Sequence record: SRR31156797_1217
DNA length: 64,000 nt
Reading direction: 5' to 3' (one strand)
In this document: piece after piece, positions 50,946-61,126 of the stretch
Layout: every line of letters starts with the position of its first letter
Position numbering within the stretch: position 1 is the stretch's first letter
Notes under the pieces: generated by a model
Database searches by the model: none
What the model was told of the DNA's origin: nothing
Seen by the model: only the letters and a program-made list of their open reading frames with translations
Translations under genes and position numbers: made by a program

Positions 50946-51120
50946 GGGCCCGTCCATAAATAGCCTTTTCACCTAATTTCGGCGTTGTACTCAAAATTTT
51001 ATCCTCGGAGGTAAACGTAGGCTCCGATATCATTTATATGTTTGTGATACAATTTATCACACGCCTCGGAGGCTATGCTTACTTGAACTTAAGCGAAACT
51101 CCTCATTTATGGACAGACAC
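50946..51120. mobile_element. MITE-like non-coding element (175 bp)
   Basis: TIRs gggcccgtccataaat / atttatggacagacac with 10-bp perfect core; internal 9-bp direct repeat cctcggagg. Confidence 0.55.
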
Positions 51121-51162
51121 TAACGACCAACTATTCCATTCATTATCAACTGACCCCGCACA

Positions 51163-51357
51163 ATGGAAAAACATATTGCCAAAGAATTAACAGCGATCCT
51201 TGATTCACAGCAAGAATCTGACTTTGAAAACGCATTTGAACGGGCATTTGAACTCACCAAAGCCTATGCAGGCTCTGCAAATGCCCAAGCATCAGCCATC
51301 CCCGCTGTGTTTGAGAAGCTCTTTGAGCTTTTCCTTACCGGTTCGACAAAGGCATAA
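51163..51357 (+). CDS. Small hypothetical protein (64 aa)
   Basis: Amphipathic helical ORF; AFERAFELTKAY..IPAVFEKLFELF. Confidence 0.6.
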   Translation: MEKHIAKELTAILDSQQESDFENAFERAFELTKAYAGSANAQASAIPAVFEKLFELFLTGSTKA

Positions 51358-51443
51358 TCAGCTGCCTTTTAATTTTTTTTTTACAGTTCCAGAGATGGAA
51401 TAGCTGATGGCCTCAAAAAAGGATGGACGGAGTGTTCTGCCTG

Positions 51444-51887
51444 CTAATTAAGCTTTGAGTCGGTTTCTTTTTTCAGCAGCGGCACTTGCAGCAGCTCAAT
51501 TCCTTCATCCCGCAGCATTTTTTCCTGATCAGCAGTGGTCACACCTCTTATGTTGCGTGGCTCCTCAACCCCATAGTGCATTTTCAACGACTCTTCCGCA
51601 AGCTTGGCTCCAACATCTTCAAAATTTTTTTCAACAAAATCCTGGAATGAACGCAGAAGCTGCAGCGCAGAGGAGTTGTTGCCCTCATCCGAGAGACGAG
51701 GTACTGCATCTGTCGCTTGAGAACTGGAGCGAATCGATACCGGTGACAGGATTTTGTGAATCCTATCACCCCCGCAATCCGGACACAGGAGTTCCCCCTC
51801 GCTCTGTTGTCGGTCAAAATCGATCCGACTGTCAAACCACCCCTCGAATTGGCACCCGCAAATACATTGTAAATCGAAAATGATCAT
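51444..51887 (-). CDS. DUF1178 family protein
   Basis: MIIFDLQC.CG.QFEGWF, CPDCG, FEDVG, MHYG....RNIRG, EGI. Confidence 0.9.
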   Translation of the reverse strand: MIIFDLQCICGCQFEGWFDSRIDFDRQQSEGELLCPDCGGDRIHKILSPVSIRSSSQATDAVPRLSDEGNNSSALQLLRSFQDFVEKNFEDVGAKLAEESLKMHYGVEEPRNIRGVTTADQEKMLRDEGIELLQVPLLKKETDSKLN

Positions 51888-52166
51888 CGCACGAATTCTT
51901 TCCCGAGGAGACTCGCCCCTCCCACTTTTGCCACACCCCAAATATCCTGCGCACAGTTCACCGGAATACCTTGCAAAATTTGTTACTCTGTATTTTCTTA
52001 GCCTGTGATCGGTTTTTCTCTGCCCTCGCTGCCTGCAAGCCAATACAATATTATCTTTTCAGAAGACAGGCAATACTGTTATCCTGCAGCGGTTACCGTC
52101 CGACACCCTTCTGGAGGTCTCGGCCATCCGAAAATCGGTATAGATACCGCACCCCATTGACGACCT

Positions 52167-52934
52167 ATGGATTTAAAACAGCTCCAAACTACATTTTTTG
52201 TCTTTGGTGCCACGGTGCTAAAAAAACAGTGGAATGCTTTAACAGACCTGCTGCCCATAGTCATGGTTATTGCTTTTTTTCAGTTAGTTGTCTTTCGGCA
52301 GCCGCTCCCCCAATTTACAGAAGTCATTGCAGGCTTTTTTTTAGTCGTTGCTGGGTTAAGCCTCTTCATAGAGGGCCTGGAAATGGGACTATTCCCCATA
52401 GGGGAAACCATGGCACACGGCCTGGCCCAAAAAGGAAGCCTGTTCTGGCTTTTATCCTTTGCCTTTTTACTGGGTTTTTCGACCACCATTGCAGAACCAG
52501 CCCTGATTGCCGTTGCAGATGAGGCGGCAGAGATTGCAGGCCTGGGAGGTCTAATTGCCGACGACAGTACCTCTGAAGCGAGGTATGCTCTTGGCTTACG
52601 ACTTTCTGTAGCCCTTTCGGTTGGTTTTGCCATCCTCATAGGAGTGCTGCGAATCATAAAAGGATGGCCTGTGCACTACTTGATAATCGGCGGATATTTA
52701 ATGGTGATGCTCATCACCACCATAGCCCCAAAAGAGATTATCGGCATTGCCTATGACACGGGTGGGGTGACGACTTCCACCATCACCGTTCCCCTGGTTG
52801 CAGCCCTGGGCGTAGGCCTTGCATCTATCATCCGCGGGCGCAAACCGCTCACAGATGGGTTCGGACTTATCGCTTTTGCTTCCCTCATGCCAATGATCTT
52901 CGTCATGGTCTACGGCCTTATACTCTTTCCCTAA
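52167..52934 (+). CDS. DUF1538 membrane protein
   Basis: [40 protein letters not shown]. Confidence 0.9.
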   Translation: MDLKQLQTTFFVFGATVLKKQWNALTDLLPIVMVIAFFQLVVFRQPLPQFTEVIAGFFLVVAGLSLFIEGLEMGLFPIGETMAHGLAQKGSLFWLLSFAFLLGFSTTIAEPALIAVADEAAEIAGLGGLIADDSTSEARYALGLRLSVALSVGFAILIGVLRIIKGWPVHYLIIGGYLMVMLITTIAPKEIIGIAYDTGGVTTSTITVPLVAALGVGLASIIRGRKPLTDGFGLIAFASLMPMIFVMVYGLILFP

Positions 52935-52938
52935 TCCC

Positions 52939-53745
52939 ATGGAAACAACGTCCTTACTCCCCCTTATCCAGGTCACCTTTCTCGAAACCTGTCGCGACGT
53001 CATACCGATAATTACCCTTATCACTTTTTTTCAGCTATTTGTACTGCGGCAACCCATCCCTCATTTAAGAAAACTACTCATAGGTGCAATCTATGTGGTC
53101 ATAGGATTGACCCTTTTTCTAGTCGGTCTTGAAAAGGCACTTTTCCCCATTGGCAAAATCATGGCGCAACAGCTTTCCGACCCAAGCTTTATTTATGAAC
53201 CTGATGAACCAGGCCAAATTTTTCACTGGGTGAACTACTTCTGGGTGTACCTTTTTGCCGCGCTCATAGGGTTTTCAACCACCATTGCCGAGCCGTCACT
53301 ACTTGCAGTAGCCATTAAGGCCAACGAAGTTTCAGGCGGCACTATCAAGCAGCGGGGACTAAGAGTTGCGGTGGCTCTTGGGGTTGCAATAGGTTTAAGC
53401 CTGGGCACCTTTAAAATCGTTACAGGAACTCCATTGCACCTCTATATCCTGCCAGGATATCTGGTCGTTATCATCCAGACCTTTTTCGCTCCTAAAAACA
53501 TCATCCCGCTGGCCTATGATTCCGGGGGAGTTACAACGTCTACGGTCACGGTACCAATAGTAACCGCTCTCGGCCTTGGTCTCTCATCTTCCATTCCAGG
53601 TCGCAATCCTGCACTAGACGGGTTTGGCCTTATTGCATTTGCCAGTCTATTCCCCATTATAACGGTCCTTGGCTATGCGCAACATGCCCATTGGTCAGAA
53701 CTGAAAATAAAACGTAAACTAAAAAAGAGGAACAATGGAGTTTAA
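52939..53745 (+). CDS. DUF1538 membrane protein (paralog)
   Basis: [38 protein letters not shown]. Confidence 0.9.
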   Translation: METTSLLPLIQVTFLETCRDVIPIITLITFFQLFVLRQPIPHLRKLLIGAIYVVIGLTLFLVGLEKALFPIGKIMAQQLSDPSFIYEPDEPGQIFHWVNYFWVYLFAALIGFSTTIAEPSLLAVAIKANEVSGGTIKQRGLRVAVALGVAIGLSLGTFKIVTGTPLHLYILPGYLVVIIQTFFAPKNIIPLAYDSGGVTTSTVTVPIVTALGLGLSSSIPGRNPALDGFGLIAFASLFPIITVLGYAQHAHWSELKIKRKLKKRNNGV

Positions 53746-54082
53746 AGCCATTATTGCGTCGGTAAAGCCTAATTACACAGACGAGGTTGTTGACGCAGCA
53801 AAAACAGCAGGAGCGACAGGTGCCACCATTATCCAGGCAAGAGGAACAGGTATCCGTGAGGCGAAATCTTTTTTCGGCCTTTCATTGGAGGCCCAGACCG
53901 ATATCATCCTTTTTTTGACTGAGCAGCATACGGTAAAAAATATCCTTGCGGCTATCAATCATGCCGGAGAGTTTCACAAGCCAGGTACAGGGATTGCCTT
54001 TGTGTTACCGATTGAACAAGCCATCGGCCTCGAAAGCCAAATGGAAAGATTTGAGGAAGAAATAAGCAAGCAGGAACCGTGA
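53735..54082 (+). CDS. P-II family signal protein
   Basis: AGATGATII.ARGTG, PGTGIAFVLPIEQAIGL. Confidence 0.88.
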   Translation: MEFKAIIASVKPNYTDEVVDAAKTAGATGATIIQARGTGIREAKSFFGLSLEAQTDIILFLTEQHTVKNILAAINHAGEFHKPGTGIAFVLPIEQAIGLESQMERFEEEISKQEP

Positions 54083-54194
54083 AAGGAGGAACGCACCCGT
54101 CCCTCCTAAAAGAAGCGTGAGGCGTAGATTGCGCCGTTTGGAACAAAAGAGGTAACAGCTGAGCCCCAAAAAAAGGGACTCAACCGTATCGGGC

Positions 54195-55469
54195 TTAAGC
54201 AGTTTTGCGTACAGAATCCTCTCTACCCGGCAACACCAGGTGCAACAATACGCCCACGATTGCTGACAGGCCAATTCCCTGCACCATGAAGCCTTTGTAG
54301 CCCAAAGCCATATCGCCTATACCAAAAACAAGAATCAAGCTGACAATAACAAGGTTGCGCGGCAGGGCGAGATCTGTCCCCTCACGTACCAGGGTATTCA
54401 TGCCGATCGCAGCAATGGTACCAAACAAGAGCGTCATGATGCCACCCATTACCGGGGTAGGAATAGTTGCCAGCATTGCACCCAAGGTTCCTGAAAAGGA
54501 GAGCAGGATTGCCATACAGGCAGCCCACGTCATAATCGCAGGATTAAAAGCACGCGTTAAAGTTACCGCCCCCGTCACCTCAGAGTACGTAGTATTAGGC
54601 GGGCCTCCCAACATAGATGCCAGAGAGGTTGCAAGACCGTCTCCCAGCAGAGTCCGGTGCAATCCAGGCTCTTCGAGATAATTCTTACCAGTAACGCTGC
54701 TTATGGCAAGCATATCGCCGATATGCTCAATGGCTGGAGCAATGGCTACCGGCACGATGAAAAAAATCGCCTGCCAGTTTAATTCAGGCAGGACAAAATC
54801 AGGCACCGCTAGAAAAGGCGCTTCCAGTACAGGGGCAAAATTCACCATCCCACAAACCATCGCCACAAGGTATCCAGCAGTGATACCAAGCAAAATAGAA
54901 ATCAGCCGGATCATACCTTTGCCTAAAAGGACGGCAAGTACTGTCACCAGCAAAGAAGTCATAGCGACGATAAGCGCTTGGCCCTGTGGGAAAAGAACAG
55001 CAGACCCATCACCGGTTTTACCGAGCGCCATAAAGACGGCAACAGGGGCCAGGTTCAAACCGATCACCATAATAACCGGGCCAACTACAACCGGTGGCAG
55101 TACTTTTTTAACTATGCCCCTGCCGCGAAACCGAATCAACATCGCCAGCAAAATATAAACAATACCTGCGGCCAGCAGCCCACTCATGGTGCCGGCAATA
55201 CCCCATGTCTGGACCCCATAAATTATGGGAGCAATAAAGGCAAAAGACGATGCCAAAAATATAGGCACCTTTCGTTTGGTCACAATCTGGAAAACCAGCG
55301 TTCCCACCCCAGCTGTAAACAATGCGACATTTGAATTTAATCCGGTAAGAATCGGCACAAGGACCAGCGCCCCAAATGCTACAAACAGCATCTGTGTACC
55401 AACAATAATCTGTTTACCAAACCCCATGGTCTTTTTTTCTGTGGTCATGCTTTTCCTCTTCTTTTCCAC
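54195..55469 (-). CDS. uraA: Uracil permease (NAT/NCS2)
   Basis: QMLFVAFGALVLVP, SSFAFI, EHIGD, PNTTYSE; downstream of upp. Confidence 0.93.
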   Translation of the reverse strand: MEKKRKSMTTEKKTMGFGKQIIVGTQMLFVAFGALVLVPILTGLNSNVALFTAGVGTLVFQIVTKRKVPIFLASSFAFIAPIIYGVQTWGIAGTMSGLLAAGIVYILLAMLIRFRGRGIVKKVLPPVVVGPVIMVIGLNLAPVAVFMALGKTGDGSAVLFPQGQALIVAMTSLLVTVLAVLLGKGMIRLISILLGITAGYLVAMVCGMVNFAPVLEAPFLAVPDFVLPELNWQAIFFIVPVAIAPAIEHIGDMLAISSVTGKNYLEEPGLHRTLLGDGLATSLASMLGGPPNTTYSEVTGAVTLTRAFNPAIMTWAACMAILLSFSGTLGAMLATIPTPVMGGIMTLLFGTIAAIGMNTLVREGTDLALPRNLVIVSLILVFGIGDMALGYKGFMVQGIGLSAIVGVLLHLVLPGREDSVRKTA

Positions 55470-55523
55470 ATTACTCTTTCCTTCAGCCAGGCCTATTCAA
55501 TCGGCCCACTTGAACAAAGAAGC

Positions 55524-56150
55524 CTATTTCGTACCAAACAGTTTGTCACCTGCATCGCCAAGGCCCGGTATAATGTACCCATTTTCATCAAGCTTTTCAT
55601 CAACACCGGCAACATAGATATCCACGTCTGGATGGGCAGCCTGCAATTTGGCAATCCCCTCAGGAGCAGCAACCAAAAATATACCAATGAGGTCCTTACA
55701 GCCCGCTTTTTTCAGCATATCTATGGTGGCAATAAGCGTTCCACCGGTGGCAAGCATAGGATCAAGAATCATTGCCTGCCGCTGCTCTATATCTGCCACC
55801 AGTTTTTCGAAGTAGGCCACAGGCTGCAGTGTTTCTTCATCACGATACAGGCCAACAACCGAAACCTTGGCATTAGGTACAGCTTTCAGTACCCCGTCCA
55901 TCATGCCCAACCCAGCCCTGAGAATCGGTACGATTGTGATCTTCTTGCCCTTTATCCTGTCAACATCAACAGGGCCTGACCAGCAATCGATGGTAACTTT
56001 TTCCGCAGGGAGCTGCTTGGTGGCCTCATAGGCAAGCAACATACCTATCTCCGACGCTAAATCCCTAAAATCTTTAGTAGAAATATCTTTTTCACGAAGA
56101 TGACCAAGCTTATGACGTACCAGGGGATGGGTGATTTCATGAACTGCCAT
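55524..56150 (-). CDS. upp: Uracil phosphoribosyltransferase
   Basis: [40 protein letters not shown] at 56150. Confidence 0.97.
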   Translation of the reverse strand: MAVHEITHPLVRHKLGHLREKDISTKDFRDLASEIGMLLAYEATKQLPAEKVTIDCWSGPVDVDRIKGKKITIVPILRAGLGMMDGVLKAVPNAKVSVVGLYRDEETLQPVAYFEKLVADIEQRQAMILDPMLATGGTLIATIDMLKKAGCKDLIGIFLVAAPEGIAKLQAAHPDVDIYVAGVDEKLDENGYIIPGLGDAGDKLFGTK

Positions 56151-56428
56151 ACAGCGCTCCTTAATTAATAAAATGGGATAAGAAAAAATGATTTTGTTTG
56201 TAGCATGGAACAACAGATCTATCCAGCGTAAAAAGATGGAACCATAGGTAAAAGAAACGACTGAACCAGTAATCCCTGTCCCCACTGTCCAGGCTCAGAA
56301 ATGAAAACCATACGTCTACCCAAGATGGTAATTGCAGAATCGCCTTGCAATACCTGCCATTTACTGGAATGATCAAGAAAGATTGAAGGTTTTCCTGCAC
56401 CTTATTGCCAGCGACTTACAGGACTAGC

Positions 56429-59005
56429 ATGTCATCAGTCTCCTCTTCTGACCAACTACGGCTCACCAAGCGCCCACTTTTTTACTGGATCCTTCGTCGA
56501 CACCACGGCTTGCAGCTTATTCTGCTTATCATCATCGTGATCAGTCTTTTTTTCCGAGTCTTTCCCCTGGAAATGCAAAAACGGATAATCAACGAAGCCA
56601 TTTATCTCAAAAAGGTCGACTTACTCTTTCTCTATTGCGGGCTGTATATGGGAGCAATTTTGCTGGCCGGGCTGACCAAGTACGCCATAAATGTGCTGCA
56701 AACTATTATCGGCCAAAAAATCCTGGTAGAACTACGGACCGAACTCTACCACCATGTGCTGCAGCTTCCCCTTCAATTTTACAGAAAGATGCAACCCGGC
56801 ACCGTTATTTCTGCCATGACAGCAGAACTCAATGCCATAGGCTTCTTTCTTGGTGGCGCCGTTGCCATTCCCCTGACCAGCATACTCAGCCTGCTGGTCT
56901 TTCTCGGCTTCATGTTTCACCTCAGCCCGCTGCTTGCCATGCTCTCTGTGGCTGTATACCCGTTTGAGCTCATAGTTATCCCACTTTTACAAAAACGCTA
57001 CAACCAATACAACAAAAAGCGTATCGCCACAACCAGGGCCATGTCCAACGTCGTTAACGAGGCAATCAGCGGCCTCCATGAAGTTCATGCCAACGGCAGT
57101 TACGCGATTGAAGAGAAAAGGCTATCCACCTATATTTATATACTTTATGGACATCTCAAACGATTATTTTTCATAAAATATGGGATTAAATTCGCCAACA
57201 ACCTTTTTCAATCCATTGGTCCCTTTATTCTGTTTCTGGTTGGCGGATATTTGGCCATACATGGAGAATTCACCCTTGGAGCCCTGGTAGCCTTTCTATC
57301 TGCCTATGAAAAAGTTTATGATCCCTGGAAGGAAATGCTTGAATATTATCAATCATTCCAAGATGCCAAAGTGCGTTACAACCAGATCATGAGCATCTTT
57401 GACCACAAAATAGAGCATCCGCTTCTCCCGGACAAACGACCACCCCACCAGCTGCAGGGCAAGATTGACCTGAAAAATGCCGGTTTCTCAGTGGATAACG
57501 GCCTTAAGCTCCTTGACAACATCACCATGAGCATTCAGCCTAACGAACAGGTCGCCCTGGTTGGGTTTTCAGGATCAGGAAAATCCACACTTGCCCTTCT
57601 GATTGCCCAGTTATACAATATAAACCATGGCCTGATCCTCCTTGATGACATGGACATTGCGGCAATGAGCAAATCAGATATAAACCGCAACATAACCATG
57701 ATCGCACAACGCCCTTTTATTTTCACTGGAACCATCCGGGAAAATCTACTTTATGCGGTGCAGGCTGCAGGTGACCAGAAACAAGACACCCCCGCGCGAG
57801 AAGATATTTTACAAATCATTCACGACGTTGGCTTAACAGAAGATATACTCCGATTCGGATTTAATGCCGTTATACCTGAAGAGCGTGTTAAACCTATAAA
57901 AGCCTCTATTTTAAGGATGCGGCAAATTATCAACTCTGAACTGCGAGACCCCTTCTCTAAGGTTGTCGAGCCCTATAATATCAATGCATTCATGTCGTAT
58001 GCCAGCTTAAAGAACAACCTCTTGTTTGGCGAAAGTCTCACCGAAAGATATGCCCTCGATAATTTACCCTACAGCAAAACATTCCGAGCGTTTCTCCTAA
58101 AAAACAACCTTGAAAAGCCCCTCCTCAAGCTTGGTTTGACCGTTGCACAAACAACCGTCGACATCCTGCGGGACTTGGGAGATGATGATTTCTTTTTTCA
58201 AGGCAGCCCCATGGAACCTCATGAACTGGAAGAATTTGCCGCCCTGCTCGAAGCCACCCGGGGGCAAATGCCGCAGAAAAAAAGCGGTCAGGACCGCCTG
58301 CTTCACTTGGTTTTGCGCTTTATACCGGCGAAACATAAAATCACCACCATGAGCGATAGTTTAAAAGATCAAATTCTCACAGCCCGACACGATTTCCTTA
58401 AAAATACAATCCAACTCGACATGGACGCCTGCAGCCGTTCCACCCAACTCCTAAAGCAGGATGGAGCCATAATTGCGCTCCCTACATATGAACACCAGCG
58501 TGACTTCATTCCTTACTGCCCATCGGAATACCTGTACAGCCATTCATTGCGAGACAATATTCTTTTTGGAGCATCCAAGCAGCAACTCCGCGATCATCAA
58601 GATCTCATGGAACTTGCCCTGGAGGCTTTTGATCGTGAAGGGCTGGTCGACGAAGTCCTGGATCTGGGTCTTGACTTTGAAGTCGGCAGCCAAGGGGACC
58701 GGCTGTCAGGGGGGCAAAAGCAAAAACTTGCCATAGCCAGATCCTTTCTTAAAGAATCAACTATCCTGATCATGGACGAGGCAACGGCAAGTCTGGACAA
58801 CACCTCGCAAGCGCAGATTCAAAACCTTCTTGAAACAAAATATAAGGGTAAGAAAACAATCATAGCAGTCATTCACCGCTTGGACCTTACTCCAGGATAC
58901 GATAGAATATTTGTGTTAAAAGGGGGCTCGCTGATCGAACAGGGGACCTATGAAGAACTCATGGCAAAACATGGCACATTCTATGAACTCACCCAAGCAC
59001 ACTAA
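56429..59005 (+). CDS. ABC exporter (TMD+NBD) with a large insertion inside the NBD
   Basis: Multi-TM domain; GFSGSGKST, Q-loop, about 330 aa to LSGGQKQ, ILIMDEAT, H-loop. Confidence 0.88.
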   Translation: MSSVSSSDQLRLTKRPLFYWILRRHHGLQLILLIIIVISLFFRVFPLEMQKRIINEAIYLKKVDLLFLYCGLYMGAILLAGLTKYAINVLQTIIGQKILVELRTELYHHVLQLPLQFYRKMQPGTVISAMTAELNAIGFFLGGAVAIPLTSILSLLVFLGFMFHLSPLLAMLSVAVYPFELIVIPLLQKRYNQYNKKRIATTRAMSNVVNEAISGLHEVHANGSYAIEEKRLSTYIYILYGHLKRLFFIKYGIKFANNLFQSIGPFILFLVGGYLAIHGEFTLGALVAFLSAYEKVYDPWKEMLEYYQSFQDAKVRYNQIMSIFDHKIEHPLLPDKRPPHQLQGKIDLKNAGFSVDNGLKLLDNITMSIQPNEQVALVGFSGSGKSTLALLIAQLYNINHGLILLDDMDIAAMSKSDINRNITMIAQRPFIFTGTIRENLLYAVQAAGDQKQDTPAREDILQIIHDVGLTEDILRFGFNAVIPEERVKPIKASILRMRQIINSELRDPFSKVVEPYNINAFMSYASLKNNLLFGESLTERYALDNLPYSKTFRAFLLKNNLEKPLLKLGLTVAQTTVDILRDLGDDDFFFQGSPMEPHELEEFAALLEATRGQMPQKKSGQDRLLHLVLRFIPAKHKITTMSDSLKDQILTARHDFLKNTIQLDMDACSRSTQLLKQDGAIIALPTYEHQRDFIPYCPSEYLYSHSLRDNILFGASKQQLRDHQDLMELALEAFDREGLVDEVLDLGLDFEVGSQGDRLSGGQKQKLAIARSFLKESTILIMDEATASLDNTSQAQIQNLLETKYKGKKTIIAVIHRLDLTPGYDRIFVLKGGSLIEQGTYEELMAKHGTFYELTQAH

Positions 59006-59516
59006 CGACATCTGCGAAAGCGGAAATTGTCAAATTCAGGAGTCATTGGCCCTCCTGCAAAAGCTCTCTCTGTTTCGGGAAACCCCGCTTGATATACTTA
59101 AACTTTATGCGTATCTTAGTAAAAAAGAAGAGTTTAAAAAAGGTTCTCGCATAGTACAGCAGGGCAAGCGTTTCCAACAGATGTACCTGATAATCAAAGG
59201 TCAGGTATCCATTTACGAAGAGTACAATGGCAAAAATTACAAGTTGCAGCAGCTCGAAGAGGATGGGTTGAATTATTTTGGAGAACTTTCACTGCTTACC
59301 CCCATTGACTCGTTCTTTTCAGCATGGGCAGAAACCGATGTTATTCTGCTAAGCATAACCAGGGAGGCTTTTCAAAAAGTCATGGAACGGTATCCTGAGA
59401 TGTACACAAAAGCGATTGAAAAAATCATCACCCTACGCATTGCTAGGGCCACCGACCAAACAAGGAAACTAATCGAAAAAACCGACCCCAATGCTTGGCG
59501 CGAGAGCGAAATCTAG
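58983..59516 (+). CDS. Stand-alone cyclic nucleotide-binding domain protein
   Basis: LSLFRE, IVQQG..MYLIIKGQV, YFGELSLL, AETDV.LL.ITREAF. Confidence 0.85.
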   Translation: MNSPKHTNDICESGNCQIQESLALLQKLSLFRETPLDILKLYAYLSKKEEFKKGSRIVQQGKRFQQMYLIIKGQVSIYEEYNGKNYKLQQLEEDGLNYFGELSLLTPIDSFFSAWAETDVILLSITREAFQKVMERYPEMYTKAIEKIITLRIARATDQTRKLIEKTDPNAWRESEI

Positions 59517-59574
59517 CAACAAGGGCAGCAATATTGCCTACAAGGTTCATCCTCCTCCATATGGAACTAGCAGC

Positions 59575-60156
59575 ATGAAAATTTTGTTATCTCCCTTACT
59601 TCTCTTTGTACTTTTTTTTCTCACTCCTCCCGAAGGGCACACAGCAATAAAAGCACCCAAAGAGGTTGGCGGCTTTAAACTGGGAACGTCAATAGATGAC
59701 TATGAGTTCATCAGTTACAGAAATTTTCTCAAGCAGGTCGTAGTGGAAAATGTTGGAGCCTTCAGAAAGGGCATCATCGAATACGGCGTATGCGAACGCC
59801 CAGGTAAGATAGTCAGAATAAAATTAAAATATGCTGACCACAGTGAATCATTTTATCGGCAGTTATTGCAAAAATACAAACAACAGCTTGGAGAGCCCTC
59901 AAAATACACAGGGGATTCCTTCGGTATTCTCAAGGCATGGAAATGGTTCTTTAAAGATGACGCAGGAGAACGCATCTCTTTAACGTTGCAGTATAATAAA
60001 AAAAATCTCAATGAAACAGTGGGAAGCATGGTCAAACTTTCAATGCCTGACCGGATTAATGCCGAACGTTTATGCTTTAACGAAGTGTGCAATACTAAAG
60101 AAACAACTTCCCCCGTCGCGGAAGAACAACACTGGGAATCATTTATTCCCCGTTAA
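59575..60156 (+). CDS. Secreted hypothetical protein
   Basis: Signal peptide MKILLSPLLLFVLFF...; APKEVGGFKLG; three Cys. Confidence 0.75.
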   Translation: MKILLSPLLLFVLFFLTPPEGHTAIKAPKEVGGFKLGTSIDDYEFISYRNFLKQVVVENVGAFRKGIIEYGVCERPGKIVRIKLKYADHSESFYRQLLQKYKQQLGEPSKYTGDSFGILKAWKWFFKDDAGERISLTLQYNKKNLNETVGSMVKLSMPDRINAERLCFNEVCNTKETTSPVAEEQHWESFIPR

Positions 60157-60241
60157 CCCTTTACAGCAATCCATGGCGACCATGTACCGATATCACGTTA
60201 CCCCTGGACGGTTTTCTGCATAGACACACTTTTACCCAACA

Positions 60242-61126
60242 ATGTCTGTCACATCATCTAGTTACAAAAAAATAGCCTGGAACGGTATGTCTTTTGACAT
60301 TCCAGGAAACTGGCATGCCACTGTCATATTCAAAAACTATCTTTTTTTTGAAAAAAAGGACGAACCTGTTTTTGATATTAAGTGGCAGCCTGTTCAGGGT
60401 CGTTTTTCGTCATCAGCCATCCTCAAACAGTTAAGCAAAGGAGATAAGGACCTTTCGTTTTCCTCCTGGGAACTACCAGACGCATACACAATGCATCTCA
60501 ATCCATATCAGTCCTCCGGGTTTAAGTGGGATAAGAAAAAACAACATCGAGGCATATTGCTTTACCATGCACCATCTCGCCAAATCATCATTATCCGCTT
60601 CCATTGTTATCAAAACAGTGAGCTGCCCACCTTTATCCACCTCCTGCAGACCTTAACCAACAATACCTGCAGTGAATTGATACCGTGGGCTGTTTTTGAT
60701 ATCCAGGCTTTACTGCCTTCAGATGCGATACTGGAAAATCATGAGTTTTACCCCGGCAAGTATTCTATTGTGTTTTCCCTTGCCCGGCAACGGTTGGTCT
60801 TACTCCGTTTCAAGCCGGCAGCTGAGTTACTGCGGTCAACCACACTCACCGCTTTTGGTGCCCACCTGGCTGGTCAGGCACAACCCGTTACCACCACACC
60901 CCATACCGCTCAGTGGTCATACAGAAGCAGTGGCTGGCAAAAAATGCGTGCATCCCTGGCACGTAAACCAAAATATACAGACCTGCACCTCTCCCACCAC
61001 ATCGATACCAATATAATCCTTGGAGTACTCATAGAAGGAAACAAACCCCTCCCCCATGAAACGACACAAAACATAATTGATAACTACCGACCTTACGCCT
61101 TCAACAATGCCAACAAATCACAATAA
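60242..61126 (+). CDS. Hypothetical protein
   Basis: 294-aa ORF overlapping the PqqD-family gene; IAWNGMSFDIPGNW, WAVFD. Confidence 0.72.
   Translation: MSVTSSSYKKIAWNGMSFDIPGNWHATVIFKNYLFFEKKDEPVFDIKWQPVQGRFSSSAILKQLSKGDKDLSFSSWELPDAYTMHLNPYQSSGFKWDKKKQHRGILLYHAPSRQIIIIRFHCYQNSELPTFIHLLQTLTNNTCSELIPWAVFDIQALLPSDAILENHEFYPGKYSIVFSLARQRLVLLRFKPAAELLRSTTLTAFGAHLAGQAQPVTTTPHTAQWSYRSSGWQKMRASLARKPKYTDLHLSHHIDTNIILGVLIEGNKPLPHETTQNIIDNYRPYAFNNANKSQ

Noticed and set aside
51043-51061. TGTGA...TCACA as a CRP site
   Set aside because: Spacer is 9 nt rather than 6; noted only as part of the MITE-like element
56151-56428. PyrR-type attenuator upstream of upp-uraA
   Set aside because: No PyrR-binding consensus loop or terminator/antiterminator pair recognised
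60173-60223. 16-aa ORF MATMYRYHVTPGRFSA as a RiPP precursor for the RRE protein
   Set aside because: No RBS, no leader/core features, no modifying enzyme nearby
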